Below, one piece after another: positions 19,677 through 27,127 of a DNA stretch of 64,000 bases. Origin of the DNA: Burkholderiales bacterium (GTDB lineage Bacteria; Pseudomonadota; Gammaproteobacteria; Burkholderiales; SG8-39); the NCBI GenBank assembly GCA_036379875.1, contig DASVFV010000098.1, positions 19,828 to 83,827 on the forward strand, written 5' to 3'. The notes beneath the pieces are model-generated. The model saw nothing but the letters and a program-made list of their open reading frames with translations, did not search any database and was not told the DNA's origin. Position numbers and translations under genes: made by a program. Position 1 is the first letter of the stretch. Each line of letters starts with the position of its first letter.

Positions 19677-20396
19677 TCAGGCTGGACTCAGCACGGTGCC
19701 GACCACGCGCGCGCGGCAGAAGCCGAGGAAATCGCGCAGCCGCTCGAGCGCGCGGCTGCGGGTCGAGAAGCGCGCCACCACCAGCGCGCCGCCGGCGTAG
19801 GCCGCGGAGAGCTGCAGATCGGGGCCGAACGCGGCCGCCGGCGTATTCACCAGCACCGCGCGGTAGCGCTTGCCCGCCGCGGCGAGCAGCTCGAGCATGC
19901 GCGGGCGGCTCAGCAGCTCGAGCGGGTCGGCGCCGGCGCGGCCGGCCACCAGGACGGTGAGGTTGTCCTCGCAGTGCGCGAGGTGCGTGGCGCGGCCTTC
20001 GAGGAAGTCGGCGAGGCCGGCACGGTTGCGCAGGCCGAAAGCGCGGTGCAGCGAGGGGTCGCGGAAGTCCGCGTCGATGAGCAGCGTCGGCTCGCCGCGC
20101 CGGGCGAGCGCGCGCGCCAGCTCGGCCGCGACCTGCGTGCCGTTGTCGCCGGTCTCCGCGCTCACCACCGCCAGCACCGGGCGCCCGCAGTCGAACCAGT
20201 GCGCGCTCAGCTGGCGCGCGAGGTCGGCTGCCGCGAGCGGGCGCGCCGCGACGATCGGCATGCCGAGCGTGGCGATGAGATCCCTTTCGGAGCGCACGCG
20301 CTCGGCGCGCCGGGAAACGAGCGACAGGCAGACCAGGCCGACAACGACCGTGGCGGTCGCGAGGGCAAGTCCCGCGGCGGTGTGCGGCTCGAGCAT
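19677..20396 (-). CDS. BY-kinase (CpsD/EpsG)-like P-loop protein with degenerate Walker A and B motifs
   Basis: The Walker A' motif LLIDADFRDP is intact. Walker A reads SAETGDNGTQ (no Lys) and Walker B reads VLVNTP (Asn for Asp). There is no C-terminal Tyr cluster. An alternative start exists at ATG 20261. Confidence 0.7.
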   Translation of the reverse strand: MLEPHTAAGLALATATVVVGLVCLSLVSRRAERVRSERDLIATLGMPIVAARPLAAADLARQLSAHWFDCGRPVLAVVSAETGDNGTQVAAELARALARRGEPTLLIDADFRDPSLHRAFGLRNRAGLADFLEGRATHLAHCEDNLTVLVAGRAGADPLELLSRPRMLELLAAAGKRYRAVLVNTPAAAFGPDLQLSAAYAGGALVVARFSTRSRALERLRDFLGFCRARVVGTVLSPA

Positions 20397-20410
20397 AGGG
20401 GCCCCTCACC

Positions 20411-20426
20411 AGCAATGCGCGTGCCA
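20411..20426 (-). promoter_or_regulatory. Sigma-54 (-24/-12) promoter
   Basis: The minus strand reads TGGCACGCGCATTGCT, a perfect TGGCAC-N5-TTGC. It is intergenic and lies directly upstream of the 20396 start, in an operon that encodes a sigma-54 activator. Confidence 0.7.
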
Positions 20427-20581
20427 CTTCGCGATCGCTTTGCAATCAACGACTTTGTACACGCGCGGCGACGCGCCCTGTCGGCCCCGCACGACAGTCC
20501 GTTTGTAGTTGTGGCGCGGCAGACAGGTCCAAAAAGCGCAGCCTAGAATCGCCGCGACCTAACAAAAGGAAGAAACGCTGC

Positions 20582-21844
20582 ATGAGGAATCGCTGGATGC
20601 GCGCGTTTGGTGTTCTGCTCCTCGTCCCGGCTACGGCTTTTGCGTTCCAGGCCGTCGACGAGATTCCCTATCCGTCGCTCGGCGGCTTCCCCGAGGCGTA
20701 TGCGCCCGCGCCCGTGTATCCGACGCGGCTGTGGGCGGAAGCCGGCACGATGTACGACAGCAATCCGTTCCGGCTCAACGACTCGGTCAATGCGCAGAAC
20801 GCGCTCGGGCACAGCGGCAAGGACGACGGCATCGTGCGCCTGGGCGCCGGCGCGGGGCTCACGCAGCGCGTGTTCGGCCGGCAGAGCGTCAACCTCGAGG
20901 CCACCGGCCATTACTACGACTACCTGCGCTTCAACCAGCTCGACCACTTCGCCTACACCCTGCTCGGCGAATGGCTCTACGAGGTCACCAACGACCTGAG
21001 CGGGACGATCGGCTACGGGCGCGACCGCGGCCTCGCCGATCCGGGCGAGGCGCAGCAGGTGAACCGCGACATGGTCACTACCGACCGCGGCTTCGCCAGC
21101 GCGAACTACCGGCTCGGCCCCAACGTGCAGCTGCGTGGCGCCGTGGACGCGCTGCGCGGCAAGCGCGAGGGCGACCGGCCCGACGCCGAGACCGACTCGC
21201 GCACCTGGCGCGTGGGCGCCGATTACGTGAGCACGCTCGCCAACACCATCGGCGCGGAATACCGCGAGACGCGCGGCAGCGCGCCGGTCAACCCGCTTGC
21301 CGACCCGACCGGCCAGTTCACCGACAACGAATACGAGGACCGCGAGATCGCCGCCGTGGCGGCGTACCGCGCGGGCGAGCAGCTGCGCTTCCTCGGCCGC
21401 TACGGCGAGACGCGCCGCCGGTACACGCAGCTCCCGGTCGACGAGTTCAAGGGCCCGACCTGGCGCGTGCGTGCCGATTGGCTGCCCACCGCCAAGGTCG
21501 GCCTGCGCTTCGACACCTTCCGCAGCGTCGAAACCGTGCTCGAGATCGACGCCACGCACGTGGTGGCGCGCGGCGTGGCGTTCGGCCCGCGCTGGGCGCC
21601 GCGCGAGAAGCTCGTGTTCTACGCCATGTTCGTGAACGAGCGGCGCGAATACCAGTCGACCGCCGACCCGACGCTCCCGGCGCGCGACGAAACCCTGCGC
21701 ATCTGGCGCCTCGCCGGCGGCTGGGAGCCGCAGCGCCACATCAAGATCGGCGGCGGCGTGGACTGGGGTGAGCGCACCTCCAACGTCCTCGGGCGCGACT
21801 ACGACTACCTGCAGGTCTCCCTCAACGCCCGCTACGACTGGTAG
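20582..21844 (+). CDS. Outer-membrane beta-barrel protein, EpsL-like / exopolysaccharide-locus associated
   Basis: Signal peptide (…ATAFA/FQ), alternating beta-strand pattern, and a C-terminal aromatic end (…SLNARYDW). Confidence 0.7.
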   Translation: MRNRWMRAFGVLLLVPATAFAFQAVDEIPYPSLGGFPEAYAPAPVYPTRLWAEAGTMYDSNPFRLNDSVNAQNALGHSGKDDGIVRLGAGAGLTQRVFGRQSVNLEATGHYYDYLRFNQLDHFAYTLLGEWLYEVTNDLSGTIGYGRDRGLADPGEAQQVNRDMVTTDRGFASANYRLGPNVQLRGAVDALRGKREGDRPDAETDSRTWRVGADYVSTLANTIGAEYRETRGSAPVNPLADPTGQFTDNEYEDREIAAVAAYRAGEQLRFLGRYGETRRRYTQLPVDEFKGPTWRVRADWLPTAKVGLRFDTFRSVETVLEIDATHVVARGVAFGPRWAPREKLVFYAMFVNERREYQSTADPTLPARDETLRIWRLAGGWEPQRHIKIGGGVDWGERTSNVLGRDYDYLQVSLNARYDW

Positions 21845-21851
21845 TCAGCAC

Positions 21852-21929
21852 AACCTAATTCGGGGCCAGGGCCACAACTCGCTTTTGCGTACGCGAAAAC
21901 GAGTCGTGGCCCTGGCCCCGAATTAGGTT
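21852..21929. terminator. 78-bp near-perfect palindrome (30-bp arms) between convergent genes; bidirectional terminator or REP-like element
   Basis: AACCTAATTCGGGGCCAGGGCCACAACTCG, an 18-nt centre, then CGAGTCGTGGCCCTGGCCCCGAATTAGGTT, with one arm mismatch. The right arm contains the manC stop codon. Confidence 0.7.
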
Positions 21930-23305
21930 CGCGCCTCGCGGCCGTAGTTGTCTTCGTAGCGCACGATGTCGTCCTCGCCGAGGTAGCCGCCGGACTGGAC
22001 CTCGATGATCTCGAGCGGCAGCTTGCCGGGGTTCTCGAGGCGATGGCGGGTGCCGGGCGGGATGTAGGTGGATTCGTTCTCGGTGAGGAGGAAGGTCTCG
22101 TCGCCGCGCGTCACGCGCGCGGTGCCGCGCACCACGATCCAGTGCTCGGCGCGGTGGTAGTGCATCTGCAGCGAAAGCGCGGCGCCGGGATCGACGACGA
22201 TGCGCTTCACCTGGAAGCGCTCGCCGTTCTCGATGCCGTCGTAGCTGCCCCACGGGCGCAGCACCTTGCGGTGGGCCAGGCACTCGGCGCGGCCGGCGGC
22301 TTTCAGCGTCGCCACCATCGCGCCGATCGCCTGCGCCTTGTCCTTGCGCGCCACCATCACCGCGTCGGGCGTCTCGACCACCACCACGTCGTCCAGCCCG
22401 ACGCACGCGAGCAGGCGATGCTGCGCGATGAGCAGCGCGTTGCGCGTGTCGGCGGCGTGCACGTCGCCGTGGATCACGTTGCCCTGCGCGTCCTTGGTCT
22501 CGATGTCCCAGAGCGCGTCCCACGCGCCGACGTCGGACCAGCCGGCCTCGAGGCGCACTACCATCGCGTCGGCGACGCGCTCCATCACCGCGTAGTCGAT
22601 CGAGTCGCACGGGCACTCGCCGAACGCCGCCGGGTCCACGCGCAGGAAGGTGCCGTCGCGCCTGCCCTGCCGGAACGCGCGCTCGCAGGCCTTCAAGATC
22701 TCGGGCCGGAAACTGCCGATCGCGTCGATCCAGACCGACGCCCGCACCGCGAAGATGCCGGCGTTCCAGAGATAGTCGCCCGAGGCGAGGTACTCGGCCG
22801 CCTTCGCCGCATCCGGTTTCTCGACGAAGCTTTCGATGAATTCGTTTCTGGAACGGATGTATCCGTACCCCGTCTCCGGGGCCAGGGGCGGCACGCCGAA
22901 GGCGACAATGCGCCCCTTCGCCGCGAGCGCGACGCCGCGCTCCACCGCGCGCTTGAAGGCGTCGCGCTGCGCGATGAAATGGTCGGAGGGCATCGCGACC
23001 AGCACCGGGTCGTCGGCGGTCACGGCCTGGATCGCGGCGAGCGTGAGCGCGGGCGCGGTGCCGCGCCCCTTCGACTCGAGGATGATGGAGCGCGGCCGCG
23101 CGCCGGCGCGGCGCAGCTGCTCCTGCACGAGGAAGCGGTGCGTCTCGTTGCACACCACGATCGGGTCGCCGGTGCAGCGCAGCGCGGTCTCCTGCAGCAG
23201 CGTGCGCTCGCCGTTCACCGCGTGCAGCGGCTTCGGATGATGCTCGCGCGACAGCGGCCACAGGCGCGTGCCGGACCCTCCGCACAGGATTACCGGTTGC
23301 ATCAT
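21923..23305 (-). CDS. manC: Mannose-1-phosphate guanylyltransferase / mannose-6-phosphate isomerase (bifunctional, type II PMI)
   Basis: N-terminus ILCGGSGTRLWPLSR and a C-terminal cupin (QMHYHRAEHWIVVRGTA). 460 aa. Confidence 0.9.
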   Translation of the reverse strand: MMQPVILCGGSGTRLWPLSREHHPKPLHAVNGERTLLQETALRCTGDPIVVCNETHRFLVQEQLRRAGARPRSIILESKGRGTAPALTLAAIQAVTADDPVLVAMPSDHFIAQRDAFKRAVERGVALAAKGRIVAFGVPPLAPETGYGYIRSRNEFIESFVEKPDAAKAAEYLASGDYLWNAGIFAVRASVWIDAIGSFRPEILKACERAFRQGRRDGTFLRVDPAAFGECPCDSIDYAVMERVADAMVVRLEAGWSDVGAWDALWDIETKDAQGNVIHGDVHAADTRNALLIAQHRLLACVGLDDVVVVETPDAVMVARKDKAQAIGAMVATLKAAGRAECLAHRKVLRPWGSYDGIENGERFQVKRIVVDPGAALSLQMHYHRAEHWIVVRGTARVTRGDETFLLTENESTYIPPGTRHRLENPGKLPLEIIEVQSGGYLGEDDIVRYEDNYGREART

Positions 23306-23315
23306 TTCCCTGGGA

Positions 23316-23828
23316 CTAGACGCGCGCTGCGCGCCGCCGCTCGCCGTAGAGTCTCTGATAGCTCCAGTCTGCGAGGAAGTGCGCCTGGTAGTCTGCCTTC
23401 GCGCACTCCCCCATCTGGCGCATCTTCTGCGGAAACGCCTCGGCCCAGGCGAGCCGCCGCGCGAGGTCCCGCGCCGAGCCCGGCTCGAAGAGCAGGCCGT
23501 TGCGCCCCGGCTCGATCAGCTCGGCGAGCCGCCCGACGCGGCTCGCGATCACCGGCAGGCCGTTAGCGAACGCCTCGACCAGCGGGCGCGGCTGCAATTC
23601 GTAAGAGAGGCTGGGCAGCACGACGTAGCTCGCGCCGCGCATGCGCGCCTGCACCTCCGCGGGGCCGACGCGTCCGAGCAGCCGGATGTTCGGGTGGCCG
23701 GCGAGGCGCCACTCCTCGGGGCCGGATCCCACCACGGCAATCTGCGCGCCGGGGAAAAGATCGAGCGCCTCCACCAGCGTGGCGATGCCCGACTCGGCCT
23801 GCAGGCGGCCGAGGAACAGCCCGCTCAT
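23316..23828 (-). CDS. GT4-type glycosyltransferase, C-terminal domain only (split enzyme or gene remnant)
   Basis: 170 aa containing an E-x7-E motif (ELQPRPLVE) and the Glycos_transf_1 core. No N-terminal GT-B domain is encoded upstream in any frame. Confidence 0.6.
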   Translation of the reverse strand: MSGLFLGRLQAESGIATLVEALDLFPGAQIAVVGSGPEEWRLAGHPNIRLLGRVGPAEVQARMRGASYVVLPSLSYELQPRPLVEAFANGLPVIASRVGRLAELIEPGRNGLLFEPGSARDLARRLAWAEAFPQKMRQMGECAKADYQAHFLADWSYQRLYGERRRAARV

Positions 23829-24079
23829 TCCGGCGTCCAGCGGCGCTTGCGGTACTCGATCTTCGGCGTCTTGCGCGGCGCTGCGCTGCGCGTCTCGCCG
23901 GGCTCGGGGAGCACGGCGACGCGCACTTCCTTGCGCGCCGCCGGACGCTCCGCACGGCGCTCCTGGTGCTGGCGCTCGTGCGGGTGCGGGTGTTGCTGTT
24001 GTTCCTGCTCGCGGGCGCCGCGGCCGCGCAGGCGGCCCGAGGCGTAGAGATAGCCCGCTGCAGTTGCTGCTGCCGACAT
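23825..24079 (-). CDS. Hypothetical 84-aa highly charged/disordered protein
   Basis: Starts 1 nt after the kinase-like stop. Its stop overlaps the GT start (ATGA). No domain recognised. Confidence 0.4.
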   Translation of the reverse strand: MSAAATAAGYLYASGRLRGRGAREQEQQQHPHPHERQHQERRAERPAARKEVRVAVLPEPGETRSAAPRKTPKIEYRKRRWTPE

Positions 24080-24080
24080 T

Positions 24081-24824
24081 TCAGGTCTCCTTCATCCAGG
24101 TCGATCGTTTCTCGAGAAGCTTCCAGTACGCGGCCACCACCGGATCGGCGCGATCCGCCTTGCGATGCAGGATCACGCCGAGCAGGTAGACCAGCGTGAG
24201 CGCACCGATCACGCGCGGGCGCCACGACCACTCGGGGTAGGCGGCGAGCGCGAACTCGTGCGCGCGGCTCATCGCGCGGCACAGGAGCGGCACGGTCTTC
24301 AGGCGCCGCTGGATCATCAGGTAGTGCAGCACGTCGTCGAGCGGGCTTGCGTCGGTGTGCGCCTCGCCCCAGTCGAACACGAAGAGCTGCGAGCCGAAGG
24401 TGCGGATGTTCCAGGGCGCGAAGTCGCCCTGCGACAGGACGTACGGCCCGGTCCAGTAGAGGAGCGCCTTCTCGACGTCGTAATACGCCTCCTGCAGCAA
24501 CGGCTCGTTGGGCAGCGCGCGCTGGATCCACTGGCACTTCGCGGCGTGCTCGAGCTCGGTGGAGCGGAAGCGCGCCCTGCCGAGCGCCTGCAGGAAGCGC
24601 GCGTGCCCCATCGTGAAAGCGCGGGTTTCACCGGTGCCTGGCGGGATGCTCAGCACGAGGTAGGGCGAGCCCGCGTCGTCGGTGCCCTGCTCGAGCAGGC
24701 GCGGCAGCTGGCCTTCGAGCGTGCGCTCGCGCCCGAGCTCGCGCAGCCACACCGCCTCGCGCGCGAGGCGCTTCGCCGTCTCGGCGTCGGTGGCGGTCTT
24801 GACCAGGCGTAGCTCGAGCGCCAT
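24081..24824 (-). CDS. Phosphotransferase (APH/choline-kinase-like) family protein
   Basis: Catalytic-loop-like QGDFAPWNIR and a VFDWGEA (DxD/DFG-equivalent) motif. It directly abuts the EF-hand gene's stop. Confidence 0.65.
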   Translation of the reverse strand: MALELRLVKTATDAETAKRLAREAVWLRELGRERTLEGQLPRLLEQGTDDAGSPYLVLSIPPGTGETRAFTMGHARFLQALGRARFRSTELEHAAKCQWIQRALPNEPLLQEAYYDVEKALLYWTGPYVLSQGDFAPWNIRTFGSQLFVFDWGEAHTDASPLDDVLHYLMIQRRLKTVPLLCRAMSRAHEFALAAYPEWSWRPRVIGALTLVYLLGVILHRKADRADPVVAAYWKLLEKRSTWMKET

Positions 24825-25169
24825 CTAGCGGCGTACCTGCAAGATCTGCAGCCCTTGCGCGAATTCGTCGCGGTCGAGCTTGCCGTCGCCGTTGCGGTCG
24901 GCGCGCTCGAAGTTGGCCGACAGGCCCGGCACCATGCCGCACTCGGACTTGTCGAGGAAGCCGTCCTTGTTGCGGTCGGCCTTGTCGAAGTCGTTGGCGT
25001 GCTCGGGCGCAGGCGCGGGCTGGCTCGCGCCGCCCGCGGCGGATTGGGTCTGGGCGTCGTCCTTGTGCACCTGGGCGGTGACGATCGGCAGCGCCGCGAT
25101 CAACGCCACGAAGCACGCGCCCAGGAACAGCAGGAAAACGCTGCGCTGCTGGCGGAGTCTCGGATTCAT
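24825..25169 (-). CDS. Secreted EF-hand calcium-binding protein (two EF loops)
   Basis: Start corrected to MNPRLRQQRS (ATG at 25169). It has a signal/anchor helix and the loops DRNKDGFLDKSE and DRNGDGKLDRDE. Confidence 0.75.
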   Translation of the reverse strand: MNPRLRQQRSVFLLFLGACFVALIAALPIVTAQVHKDDAQTQSAAGGASQPAPAPEHANDFDKADRNKDGFLDKSECGMVPGLSANFERADRNGDGKLDRDEFAQGLQILQVRR

Positions 25170-25211
25170 GACAGGGCTCTTGGAGTTGGCACTTGTGTTC
25201 GGGCGGCTCCT

Positions 25212-25227
25212 TGCAAGCCGCGTGCCA
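25212..25227 (-). promoter_or_regulatory. Sigma-54 (-24/-12) promoter
   Basis: The minus strand reads TGGCACGCGGCTTGCA, a perfect TGGCAC-N5-TTGCA. It is intergenic; its 3' end lies about 42 nt upstream of the EF-hand gene ATG. Confidence 0.7.
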
Positions 25228-25297
25228 CTCGCCCTGCTTCCTGCTGCAACAAGCACTTAAGCCCGCGCGCAAGACGCGTGCTTCGTCGGGCAATGCA

Positions 25298-25316
25298 AAC
25301 CGCGCCGCGCGCGGTT
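25298..25316 (-). terminator. Possible terminator hairpin after the LigJ-like gene
   Basis: AACCGCGC-GCG-GCGCGGTT followed by TGCATTG on the minus strand. The U-tract is weak. Confidence 0.35.
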
Positions 25317-25377
25317 CTAGGAAGCGCTTGTTTTCAGTACTTTTTCGTCGTCTCGAAACGCCGACGTCGACGAGTCA

Positions 25378-26397
25378 CTAAGCGTGTCGTTTCTTCAGCC
25401 GCGCGTCGAGGCGCGGGTAGACCCTGCGCGCGTTTCCCTCGAAGATTTTCTGCTTCTCGGAGGAGCTCAGGTTCAACCGGTCGATGTAGCGCTTCGTGTC
25501 GTCGTAGTTCTGACCGGTTTCCGGATCGACGCCCTTCACCGCGCCGAGCATCTCGGAGGCGAACAAGATGTTGTCGACCGGAATCACCTTGGCCATGCAG
25601 TCGATGCCCGCCTGGTGGTAGACGCAGGTATCGAAGAACACGTTCCCCAGCAGGTGATCCTTGAGGAGCGGCTTCTTCATCTCCTGCGCCAGGCCTCTAT
25701 ACCTTCCCCAGTGGTACGGCACCGCGCCGCCGCCGTGCGGGATCACGAAGCGCAGCGCCGGGAAATCCTTGAACAGGTCGCCCTGGATGAGCTGCATGAA
25801 CGCGGTGGTGTCGCCGTTGATGTAATGCGCGCCGGTGTAGTGGAACACCGGGTTGCACGACGAGGTGACGTGGATCATCGCCGTCATCTCGTGCTCGCAG
25901 AGCTTCTCGTACAGCGGATACCACCACTTGTCGGTGAGCGGCGGGTCGGTCCAGTAGCCGCCCGCCGGGTCCGGGTTCAGGTTCACGCCGATAAAGCCGA
26001 GCTTCGCCAGGCGCTCGAGCTCGGCGATGCAGTTCTTCGGCGGCACGCCCGGATGCTGCGGGAGCTGGCCGACCGGCGCGAAGTTGTCCGGCAGGAGCGT
26101 GCAGATGCGGTGGATGAGATCGTTCGACATGCGCGACCACTCGATCCCGGTCGCCTCGGTGCCGACGTGGTGCGCCATGCCGGCGGCGCGCGGCGAGAAA
26201 ATCGTCAGGTCGGACCCGCGCTCCTTCTGCAGCTTCAACTGCGGCTCGACGCTCTTCTTTAGCTCGTCGTCCGTTATGCCGAGCTCGTTGGTCGCCGGCC
26301 TGCGCATCGGGTCGGCCAGGCCGGCGAGCTGCTTGTCGCGGAATGCGAGCAGCTTCTGCGGCTCGGTGGTGTAGTGACCGTGGATGTCGATGACCAT
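25378..26397 (-). CDS. Amidohydrolase_2 family hydratase, 4-oxalomesaconate hydratase (LigJ/PmdE)-like
   Basis: Start corrected to MVIDIHGHYTTEP (ATG at 26397). Strongly family-typical blocks are present (SDLTIFSPRA, NLNPDP…PPLTDKWWYPLYEKL, IPHGGGAVPYHWGR, FDTCVYHQ). The upstream 194 codons of the track ORF are an artefact. Confidence 0.85.
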   Translation of the reverse strand: MVIDIHGHYTTEPQKLLAFRDKQLAGLADPMRRPATNELGITDDELKKSVEPQLKLQKERGSDLTIFSPRAAGMAHHVGTEATGIEWSRMSNDLIHRICTLLPDNFAPVGQLPQHPGVPPKNCIAELERLAKLGFIGVNLNPDPAGGYWTDPPLTDKWWYPLYEKLCEHEMTAMIHVTSSCNPVFHYTGAHYINGDTTAFMQLIQGDLFKDFPALRFVIPHGGGAVPYHWGRYRGLAQEMKKPLLKDHLLGNVFFDTCVYHQAGIDCMAKVIPVDNILFASEMLGAVKGVDPETGQNYDDTKRYIDRLNLSSSEKQKIFEGNARRVYPRLDARLKKRHA

Positions 26398-26404
26398 GGG
26401 GACG

Positions 26405-27127
26405 ATGCTAGCATTGAAAAAAATGCTCGCCGACCTCCAGTCCATGAAGCAGGCCGGGCGCAAGATCGTCGGCGTGGTGGCCTGGGATTTCCAGGTCGCG
26501 CAGATCGCCGACCGCGCCGGCGTCGACCTCGTCTCCGTCGGCGACAGCGTCGGCGTCAACCTGTGGGGCCAGGCGCCCGACGAGATCACCATCGAGGAGA
26601 TGCTCACCGTGTGCCGCGCGGTGCGCCGCGGCGTGAAGCGCGCGGTGGTGAGCGCCGACCTGCCCGCGCACGAGCAGAACGTCGACGCGGCGCTGCGCCT
26701 CAAGGCGTGCGGCGCGGACATGGTAAAGCTGCTCGGCTCGGCCGACCTGGTGCGCAGCGTGGTGCGCGAGGGCGTGCCGGTGTTCGCCGAGTTCCACGGC
26801 GGCAAGGACGAGCCCGCGATGCTGGTCGACCACGCGAAGCGCCTCGAGGACGCGGGCGCCGCGCTGCTCGACTTCCGCCAGTCCGGGCCGGTGGCCGGGG
26901 CGGCAGTGGCGCGCGCGGTGAAGATCCCGGTGATCGGCGGCCTCGGCGGCGGACCGTGGCTCGACGGGCGCATGCGCATGGCGACCGCGGCGATCGGCTA
27001 CGCGTTCTCCCATCTGGATCAGCCCGTGGAAACCTACGCCAACGTGGCCCGCATCACGCTCGAGGCGTTGAGCGAGTACGCGGGCGACGTGCGCGCCGGC
27101 AAGCAGATCAAGGGGCAGCGTGGCTAG
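26405..27127 (+). CDS. PanB-like (3-methyl-2-oxobutanoate hydroxymethyltransferase / ICL-PEPM superfamily) protein
   Basis: KQAGRKIVGVVAWDF…VGDSVGVNLWG resembles the PanB N-terminus. Start chosen at ATG 26405 (GGGGA SD); earlier ATGs at 26384-26396 are possible. Confidence 0.65.
   Translation: MLALKKMLADLQSMKQAGRKIVGVVAWDFQVAQIADRAGVDLVSVGDSVGVNLWGQAPDEITIEEMLTVCRAVRRGVKRAVVSADLPAHEQNVDAALRLKACGADMVKLLGSADLVRSVVREGVPVFAEFHGGKDEPAMLVDHAKRLEDAGAALLDFRQSGPVAGAAVARAVKIPVIGGLGGGPWLDGRMRMATAAIGYAFSHLDQPVETYANVARITLEALSEYAGDVRAGKQIKGQRG

Noticed and set aside
18349-20445. Track ORFs suggesting giant or extended proteins: 698 aa (18349-20445), 533 aa (25378-26979), 665 aa (42909-44906), 395 aa (30450-31637) and 361 aa (50263-51348).
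   Set aside because: The N-terminal portions are Arg-rich read-through of neighbouring genes' alternative frames. Family-typical N-termini with plausible start codons occur internally, so I trimmed the starts.
20478-20497. CTGT…ACAG palindrome considered as a second LexA box.
   Set aside because: The spacer is 12 nt rather than 8, so it does not fit CTGT-N8-ACAG. I kept it only as a possible enhancer-binding-protein site.
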